Both the position numbers and the translations under genes were made by a program. The notes below the pieces were generated by a model. That model was given only the letters and a program-made list of their open reading frames with translations. It was not told the DNA's origin and did not search any database. A stretch of 64,000 nt of DNA from a virus (taxonomy: Duplodnaviria > Caudoviricetes): positions 1 to 64,000 of IMG/VR virus record IMGVR_UViG_3300034053_000029. One strand, 5' to 3'. Below are positions 56,312 to 62,440 of this stretch, in pieces; position 1 is the first letter of the stretch; every line of letters begins with the position of its first letter.

Positions 56312-56791
56312 TTATGGTTTCATTCCATTACGGTGTAACCAATCATGCCAATAAGTTTTGCTTCCAATCCTTGAAGATTCGGCTTTATTGACACCCATCT
56401 TGTCTTTCCATTCCTTTGATCGTTTCTTGCTTTCCTCAACATCAAATCCTGTGTAGTCATCTTTTACCCATTGATGTTTATGGTGCCATACTTTAGGTGG
56501 ATTCGATTGTTTTGTGAGTTTGGACTTTCCATTTGCATGAACCTTGATTGAATCTCCAACCGTAGGTTCATGGGCAGTATCGAAATCTGGAGAATGAATG
56601 AACGAGAAAGAACCCTCTTTCTTGTTATGCTTTATTGCGGTATATTCAAAGTCCTTTGGGAGTTGTCCCTTGGCTTTATTTAATTCATCTTGAGGAAGGA
56701 CATGATCATATGATTTATGAATATAATGATCATGTCCCATCACCTTACCGACTTCGACCTTCTCTTCCAGATATTGCTTGAAGGATATCAT
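56312..56791 (-). CDS. Putative capsid-internal protein resembling C-terminal domain of Dnd-associated putative methyltransferase
   Basis: MISFKQYLEE; FSFIHSPDFD..HEP.VG.S...NPPKVWHHK..WV..DY. Confidence 0.6.
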   Translation of the reverse strand: MISFKQYLEEKVEVGKVMGHDHYIHKSYDHVLPQDELNKAKGQLPKDFEYTAIKHNKKEGSFSFIHSPDFDTAHEPTVGDSIKVHANGKSKLTKQSNPPKVWHHKHQWVKDDYTGFDVEESKKRSKEWKDKMGVNKAESSRIGSKTYWHDWLHRNGMKP

Positions 56792-57378
56792 TTTTTGGTT
56801 ACAGTATGAACACCATTTTTTATACTATGATCATATTCACTTTCTGGAAATACATTATGCATAGCTTCTTGATAATGTGGATCATTAAGTTTTTTGTGGT
56901 GTTGCCAAGATTGGTCCTTTTGAGTCATTCTACCATTACCACTAGAGTCTCCGGTGTAAACGGAAAAATGAAATTTGCTGCCGGATGCAGGTTTCATAAA
57001 ACTCTTACATTGTTTTAGATGAGAAACTAGATGTTTCTTTTCTTTGATGACATTTCCGACATTATTTGAAAAAACGTGATCGGACTTACCACTATTTTGT
57101 TTCTCTACTTTGTCGTTGTGTTCTTGTGACCTGTTGAATGGGTCGAACACAGATGCATTTGCACCAGTAGTATCTTTGATGTGGGCAACACCTTTGTCAT
57201 ATTTTCCACCACCAACATCAGTTACCACATGATCTGGCTTAATGATACCTTTGGATGATACTTGTTTAATTGCAGATGCAACCTGATTTAGTGATGTTCC
57301 TGCTGACTTTTCCTTTTGGTCATCAAAATCACCAATACGTTCCAAAATCATTTCTAATATAATGGCGTTTAGTGACAT
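56788..57378 (-). CDS. Class I SAM-dependent methyltransferase-like late protein
   Basis: VTDVGGGKYD, VFDPF, HVFSNNVGNVI, SGNG..TQK..SWQ. Confidence 0.65.
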   Translation of the reverse strand: MSLNAIILEMILERIGDFDDQKEKSAGTSLNQVASAIKQVSSKGIIKPDHVVTDVGGGKYDKGVAHIKDTTGANASVFDPFNRSQEHNDKVEKQNSGKSDHVFSNNVGNVIKEKKHLVSHLKQCKSFMKPASGSKFHFSVYTGDSSGNGRMTQKDQSWQHHKKLNDPHYQEAMHNVFPESEYDHSIKNGVHTVTKK

Positions 57379-57379
57379 A

Positions 57380-57760
57380 TTACTTCCCCGATAGTTTTAC
57401 ATTATGACGATCTTCCAACTCTGCAGTAGTAGGTTTCGTGTTATGCACTTTTGTTGTTGCATTCACGCTGACCGGAACTGGATTCTCCAATTCATGGTAT
57501 TCATCGCCAGATTTTTTATCAGGATCAGAATTTGAACTTTGAGTAAGCCTCGAATCCCATGTCTGTGTATATCTTGCACCTGCAGGTGGAGTTTGACCTT
57601 TACGAACCCTAATATGAGTGTGCTTATTACCTGCTTTATCTGATGCATCTTGGGCATCTTTAACTTCATCATAGTTTGAGTCGGATTTGCTACCAAATCC
57701 CTCTAAAATCTTTTTGATCGACTCGTTGTATTTTTTATTATCAAACCCATTCTCATTCAT
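57380..57760 (-). CDS. Hypothetical late protein
   Basis: TATAAATA at 57794-801; KKILE site near N-term. Confidence 0.6.
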   Translation of the reverse strand: MNENGFDNKKYNESIKKILEGFGSKSDSNYDEVKDAQDASDKAGNKHTHIRVRKGQTPPAGARYTQTWDSRLTQSSNSDPDKKSGDEYHELENPVPVSVNATTKVHNTKPTTAELEDRHNVKLSGK

Positions 57761-57782
57761 GTAATTATCCTTTATGATTGAT

Positions 57783-57983
57783 TCATATGAATATATTTAT
57801 AGAATGTCCTTTTGGAGAATTTTCCATAATAATTCCATCACTTCTATATATCGGATAATATGTCAATGTGGTTGATGCCTCAATGACTTCCGAATTACCC
57901 AACGTCACTACATTGTATTGTGTCGAAAGAACACCACACGGAGAGACGTATGGGTAATATGTCGGGTAGTTACAGATCACCAT
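57783..57983 (-). CDS. Hypothetical protein
   Basis: ORF track. Confidence 0.4.
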   Translation of the reverse strand: MVICNYPTYYPYVSPCGVLSTQYNVVTLGNSEVIEASTTLTYYPIYRSDGIIMENSPKGHSINIFI

Positions 57984-58521
57984 GATGGTCGAATGTCACT
58001 GGAATTTTTTGCATTTCGGCAATGAGGTCTTCCATATTGTAAAATTTAAAATTGTTGGTGTCAATCCCAACGTCTTTAATGCGACCTTGGAGACCAGTAG
58101 GACTAGAATGACAGTGGCCATGAAAATGTATTGCTCCATGCCCCATACCATTCCATCGAGCCATAGGGAAATGGCACATAACAATCTTCTGTTTGTTGAT
58201 CGTGATTTCCTTTAGCTTTTCGACCCAAACAAAATATCGATGAAGCTCGACTTCCTTACGGATTCGATAATCGTGGTTTCCAAGAACGAGCTTGATTTGT
58301 CCTGTGAGCTTTGGCAGAAGATCATACAGACGTTCCTTGCGACCCATAGCAAGATCGCCAAGCACATAAATTTCATCGTGTGGCTTGACCGTTGAAGTCC
58401 AGTAATCAAGTAACGCCTCACTCATGGCATCACTTGTGTCAAATGCGCCACGAGATTCTTGGCAGTATTTTACGATATTCTCATGGTAAAAATGGGTATC
58501 CGCTGTAATCCAAATTGTCAT
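57970..58521 (-). CDS. Calcineurin-like phosphoesterase (phage type)
   Basis: ADTHF.H.NI, YVLGD, GNHD, CHFP, HGHCH. Confidence 0.9.
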   Translation of the reverse strand: MTIWITADTHFYHENIVKYCQESRGAFDTSDAMSEALLDYWTSTVKPHDEIYVLGDLAMGRKERLYDLLPKLTGQIKLVLGNHDYRIRKEVELHRYFVWVEKLKEITINKQKIVMCHFPMARWNGMGHGAIHFHGHCHSSPTGLQGRIKDVGIDTNNFKFYNMEDLIAEMQKIPVTFDHHGDL

Positions 58522-58530
58522 AATTTACTC

Positions 58531-58740
58531 CTAATCAGGTAATGCCTTGTAATGTGCAAGATGTTCAAAAAGTTTGATGATGTAACCGGCAGATGATCCA
58601 GAATGGTCTCGACCATCCAATATGGATAACATCTTAATTACATCGGTGCACAATATCTCTTGCATACCGTCTTTCCAAACTCCGTCAGTAACCCAACCTT
58701 TCCTGACAAACTCACTCATAGCAAATTCTGCGCTGTTCAT
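58531..58740 (-). CDS. Conserved hypothetical protein
   Basis: MQE....D....L......HSG.SA.Y....F..LA....L. Confidence 0.6.
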   Translation of the reverse strand: MNSAEFAMSEFVRKGWVTDGVWKDGMQEILCTDVIKMLSILDGRDHSGSSAGYIIKLFEHLAHYKALPD

Positions 58741-59129
58741 ACTTTAATCTCCCATTGAAAACGTGCCTTCATGCGTTCAATAGCTGCCTCTGGCACGTTA
58801 TGAATTGATCCAAACTCACCTTGAACGGTAATAATTTGCAACTTAATTCCCTTCTCTTTCGCCAGATCGATATACGGTTGACATTCCTTTTGAGTAGTGA
58901 AGGTGTTCGATACAATTACACTCATATTGTGACCGAGATATTCATCGGTCTGCCGGAAGCACCACTGATGAGCAGAATGCAATTTCGATTGGTCAAAAAC
59001 GTATTGACCATTTTTCATGAAATACATATCTGCTTCAAAATTAATGGAGTTATTATCTGCACCTAGTGCCTTAGCCAAAGTGGATTTACCTGACCCAGGA
59101 AGACCACGGATGAGTGTTAGTGTTTGCAT
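58737..59129 (-). CDS. P-loop kinase (polynucleotide kinase-like, AAA_33)
   Basis: LIRGLPGSGKSTLA, EADMYF, VSNTFT, HNVP. Confidence 0.9.
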   Translation of the reverse strand: MQTLTLIRGLPGSGKSTLAKALGADNNSINFEADMYFMKNGQYVFDQSKLHSAHQWCFRQTDEYLGHNMSVIVSNTFTTQKECQPYIDLAKEKGIKLQIITVQGEFGSIHNVPEAAIERMKARFQWEIKV

Positions 59130-59572
59130 TATAATCCCTTAATTGTGTCCTTCAACTCCAAATACATTTCATTGTATTTGCGAAGTCGAGCAGTATCTTT
59201 TTCCGTTATCCCTTTAAGCCTACGAATGTCGCTGTTATGACGAAGATCAGCAAGTTTTACAAGAATGGCATCTTTATTGGTCTTAATCCCATCAACATAT
59301 TCACGGTGAGTTTGTCCACGGTATTTGGTCAATAGTCGAAGTGCATCAACTACCCTCTTGGTGAATCCCATTTCAGATAGATCATTAAACGTAACGTCAG
59401 TGTCTTCAACAACATCGTGCATCACCGCAATCATCATAACTTCAAGATCATCAGTTTTGGTGTAATGCATAACTTTCAATGGATGCAAGATATAAGGCAT
59501 ACCACCTTTATCGAATTGCCCCATATGTTTTTCAGAGGCAAGTGCAATTGCTTTAGCTAGAAGAGTTTTCAT
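59129..59572 (-). CDS. HD-domain (p)ppGpp hydrolase-like (Mesh1/SAH type)
   Basis: H.GQ.DKGG.PYILHP, MHDVVEDT, VKLADL.HN. Confidence 0.85.
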   Translation of the reverse strand: MKTLLAKAIALASEKHMGQFDKGGMPYILHPLKVMHYTKTDDLEVMMIAVMHDVVEDTDVTFNDLSEMGFTKRVVDALRLLTKYRGQTHREYVDGIKTNKDAILVKLADLRHNSDIRRLKGITEKDTARLRKYNEMYLELKDTIKGL

Positions 59573-59700
59573 AATACGTCATCCTTAATTTCTTTTTTAT
59601 GAGCAGCACGTTCCGATTTCCAAAACACTCGCTTGCACCAACGAAGGTGTTTCCACCATTGCGGAGACCGAGTTCGTGTTCCTTTTTTAACTGATGCCAT
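59569..59700 (-). CDS. Small basic early protein (43 aa, not in ORF track)
   Basis: AGGAGG RBS; MASVKKGTRTRSPQWWKHLRWCKRVFWKSER. Confidence 0.65.
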   Translation of the reverse strand: MASVKKGTRTRSPQWWKHLRWCKRVFWKSERAAHKKEIKDDVL

Positions 59701-59721
59701 GATGCCTCCTGTGAAGATTGA

Positions 59722-59770
59722 ATTATACGCCTTATTTAGAACAAGTCAAGAAAAATATAAGTTATTGATT
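59722..59770 (-). promoter_or_regulatory. Early promoter with IHF box
   Basis: TTGACT-16-TATAAT; AATCAATAACTTA. Confidence 0.8.
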
Positions 59771-59782
59771 TACAAATGGAAA

Positions 59783-59812
59783 AGGGACAAACCCCTTACG
59801 AGATTTGTCCCT
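59783..59812 (-). terminator. Probable intrinsic terminator
   Basis: AGGGACAAA...TTTGTCCCT stem. Confidence 0.6.
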
Positions 59813-59825
59813 CAATTCGACATTG

Positions 59826-59872
59826 TATAAATAATATGTGGATCACGATGCGCTAACATCTATCCACCCTAG
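59826..59872 (+). ncRNA. Late promoter + conserved endonuclease leader hairpin, copy 3
   Basis: TATAAATA; GTGGAT-CAC-GATG[CGCTAA]CATC-T-ATCCAC-CCTAG. Confidence 0.6.
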
Positions 59873-59900
59873 AACTTAAACTAAACATGGGAGTCCCAGC

Positions 59901-60542
59901 ATGAATATTTATGCCGAAATGATATCAACAATTGCAATTAAAAACAAATATACCAAATGGTATCTGTCGATTATTTCAAACTCAAAATATAAAGAAGGGT
60001 ATTGTGAAAAACATCATATTCTTCCAAAGTGTTTCAAACTTGGTGGAGAAAAAGACCCATCAAATATCGTCAAATTGACTGCTAAAGAGCATTTTGTTTG
60101 TCATTTGTTATTGACTAAAATGTTCTTAGACAAAAAGAAATTTCAAATGATATACGCTTGCAATCGGATGTGTTTCAAACAAACACCAAATCACAAACGA
60201 GAATATGCAGTTTCATCTTCAGTATATGCTATAGTTAAATCAGAACAATCAAAGTATATGAAAATTAACAATCACAATAAAGATGGCAGTCAATCTAAAG
60301 CAGCATGGGATGTTGCATCCGAAGAAAGACATATAAATCAATCAGCAGTTGCAACTAAAAGGAATATAGAATATTGGGCAACAAGAAAGAAACCAATATT
60401 AGATTTTATATGTGAAGTGTGTGGAATTGAGTTTACATCAAAAAAGGAAAATCGTCGTTGTTGCGGCAAATCTTGTGCAGCAAGACTCAGAAATAAAATG
60501 CGGTGGCTTGGGAAACAAGGTATGCCACCAACCCCGGTTTGA
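59901..60542 (+). CDS. HNH homing endonuclease with C-terminal Zn finger
   Basis: EKHHILPKC..LGG..DPSNIVKLTAKEHFVCH; CEVCG...CCGKSC. Confidence 0.9.
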   Translation: MNIYAEMISTIAIKNKYTKWYLSIISNSKYKEGYCEKHHILPKCFKLGGEKDPSNIVKLTAKEHFVCHLLLTKMFLDKKKFQMIYACNRMCFKQTPNHKREYAVSSSVYAIVKSEQSKYMKINNHNKDGSQSKAAWDVASEERHINQSAVATKRNIEYWATRKKPILDFICEVCGIEFTSKKENRRCCGKSCAARLRNKMRWLGKQGMPPTPV

Positions 60543-60785
60543 GTACTCCTTATGCTGCTAAGGCCCAAACAGCGTCATTAGATGCGCCATTTACATAGTT
60601 TATCATCTTCGACCGAGTTGCCCCAATCCTAACGGCTTCTGATTATTGCCGATTCTCCAGATCATATCTATGCCCAATCGAAAGGATTATACAGGCCCAT
60701 GGATAAGCACACATCTCTATGTGCTTATTGGTGGACCTGACGGACACCACGCCGTGTCTTGAACATTTCAACTTTCCTTCAACGA
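60495..60785 (-). ncRNA. ssrA: Two-piece (circularly permuted) tmRNA: acceptor piece ~60729-60785, intervening hairpin 60699-60728, coding piece ~60495-60698
   Basis: ...CAGGTCC-A-CCA precedes GGGCCTG (G3:U70); TTCGA then TTGGGCAT pairing ATGTTCAA; pk1 at 60625-60654; tag GGC GCA TCT AAT GAC GCT GTT TGG GCC TTA GCA GCA TAA. Confidence 0.88.
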
Positions 60786-60789
60786 ATTC

Positions 60790-60903
60790 TTAAAATCCTT
60801 CTCTATTCACAAATAATGCACCGTCATAAACCATCCATGATCCACAAAATGTTAACCAGTCACACTTAGATTCTTTCCATACATCAAAGAACTCTTTTTT
60901 CAT
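60790..60903 (-). CDS. Small hypothetical protein (37 aa, not in ORF track)
   Basis: MKKEFFDVWKESKCDWLTFCGSWMVYDGALFVNREGF. Confidence 0.45.
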   Translation of the reverse strand: MKKEFFDVWKESKCDWLTFCGSWMVYDGALFVNREGF

Positions 60904-60905
60904 GT

Positions 60906-61760
60906 TCATGATTTAACCCAACTCGAATTAACCTTAATGAATCCACTAAATGACTTTGGCTCACGTTTCAAAAATCCATAGTCAAGTTTCATGAATCCTT
61001 TTGTCGTTGCGGTTTCTCCGGTATTCCTATCAGTATCTTTAGACACACTCATGTATGACGAATCATCATGGTCGGAATCACGGAACAATACTTGTCCATG
61101 TTTCTTGTCAATACCAAATAACATTAATGCATGATACATATGATTATCATCAGAGACAGATTTCTTTCTGAGCTTCAACGTACCATCAGATAAAAACTTA
61201 CTATTCATAATGGTTCCTGCAGTCTTTGCCATAGCAATAACAGGAACACCGGTCTTGACAACTTCCAATGCAGAATCCAAATCATCAACTTTCTCAGCAT
61301 CGATGGACAACTTCTTACCATTGATCACGACGTTCTTAGACAACCCATCGATAACCTGTTCTAGCGTCAAACCCTTCGTAGGAATTTTAGGATACCATTG
61401 ATCTGAAATAACGGATGGAGAGATACCAAGTTGCATAGCAACCGAATGGACTACCTGCAGGTACAAACAGGCATCACCCTTCGCCTTGATTTTTTTAAAT
61501 TCTTGGTGATGGAGTGCGTTCTTCAAGAACATTAGATTTTCATCGTCATGAATATGTGATGTAGTTGACTCCGAGTTTTTCTTGATCGGAATCAACTCAC
61601 CGTGCGCCTGACGATAAACTGCTTTTCCATCCTTGCCCCAACGAGCAACGTGCATATAGGTTAATCCCATATCTTTTGCACGTTCACTCGTTTCAGACTC
61701 AAGAATCTGATTCACCATTTGTTTTACTTCAGATAACGGTTTCATAGGATAATTCCACAA
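60906..61760 (-). CDS. Papain-like cysteine peptidase domain protein, possibly head-internal
   Basis: KGDACLY (Cys), YHALMLFGID (His), LFRDS, GFMKLDY; N-term MGL.Y....WGKDGK motif. Confidence 0.6.
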   Translation of the reverse strand: MWNYPMKPLSEVKQMVNQILESETSERAKDMGLTYMHVARWGKDGKAVYRQAHGELIPIKKNSESTTSHIHDDENLMFLKNALHHQEFKKIKAKGDACLYLQVVHSVAMQLGISPSVISDQWYPKIPTKGLTLEQVIDGLSKNVVINGKKLSIDAEKVDDLDSALEVVKTGVPVIAMAKTAGTIMNSKFLSDGTLKLRKKSVSDDNHMYHALMLFGIDKKHGQVLFRDSDHDDSSYMSVSKDTDRNTGETATTKGFMKLDYGFLKREPKSFSGFIKVNSSWVKS

Positions 61761-62344
61761 TGTTGTTCCAAATATTTAGGTACTCTTGAATGTTTGGGTA
61801 TGAACCCTGCTACATATTCTGCTTGATCTGCTAGGATATTACGGTTAGCGAGAATCAATGCTTCATATCTATTTGGTATATAAGGAACCCAAAGTAGTTC
61901 CATGCCGACATCTTCTAAAAACATATTTCCTTTTTTACCATTACATTTTTTGCACGACGAAATGCAGTTCATCCACGAGTCCTTACCACCTTTAGAAACA
62001 GGTATGATATGGTCTCTAGTCAAATGCGACTCTGAAAAATGATGACCACAATATCCACATATTAAGAGATCACGCTTAAATAAAGATGAATTACTCAGTA
62101 CTGGAGTTTTTGCTGCTTGATGTTTGAACTTACCCTTGATACCGATTATCGTACCAATGGTCATAGACGTTCTTTCTCCGGTCATGCGAGAAGTTCCTCC
62201 CATGATCATGTCTGGATCACCTAGTTCAAACGAAATAAGATTTTTTGCTTTTGCTGTCACTGCTGTTTCCCAATGTAACCATTGGTGCGGAAGTCCATCA
62301 CTTGTTAAACCTAAAACTAAATTATGTCTCATCTCAATATCCAT
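61742..62344 (-). CDS. HNH endonuclease (McrA-like)
   Basis: LFKRD...CGYCG, TRDHIIP.SKGG..W.N....C..CN..KG. Confidence 0.9.
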   Translation of the reverse strand: MDIEMRHNLVLGLTSDGLPHQWLHWETAVTAKAKNLISFELGDPDMIMGGTSRMTGERTSMTIGTIIGIKGKFKHQAAKTPVLSNSSLFKRDLLICGYCGHHFSESHLTRDHIIPVSKGGKDSWMNCISSCKKCNGKKGNMFLEDVGMELLWVPYIPNRYEALILANRNILADQAEYVAGFIPKHSRVPKYLEQHCGIIL

Positions 62345-62348
62345 TTCA

Positions 62349-62424
62349 TATAAATATATAGGTTAGCTAATATCGTCACATATCAGCAACTCGCTCGGAG
62401 ACGAGCTGTCCCTATGACAATATT
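62349..62424 (+). promoter_or_regulatory. Late promoter + second type of structured leader
   Basis: TATAAATA; nested AATAT/ATATT, GTCA/TGAC, CAGC/GCTG, TCG/CGA. Confidence 0.5.
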
Positions 62425-62440
62425 TATTCTCGGAGATTAT

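Noticed and set aside
12923-59872. Leader hairpin as a theta/HDV-like ribozyme or known riboswitch
   Set aside because: Too short and lacking the nested double pseudoknot; not adjacent to tRNA 3' ends; no aptamer consensus recognised. An Rfam search is still needed.
60495-60785. Ordinary one-piece tmRNA or tRNA-Ala
   Set aside because: The CCA-bearing half lies upstream of the GGGCCTG half in transcription order, and there is no anticodon arm.
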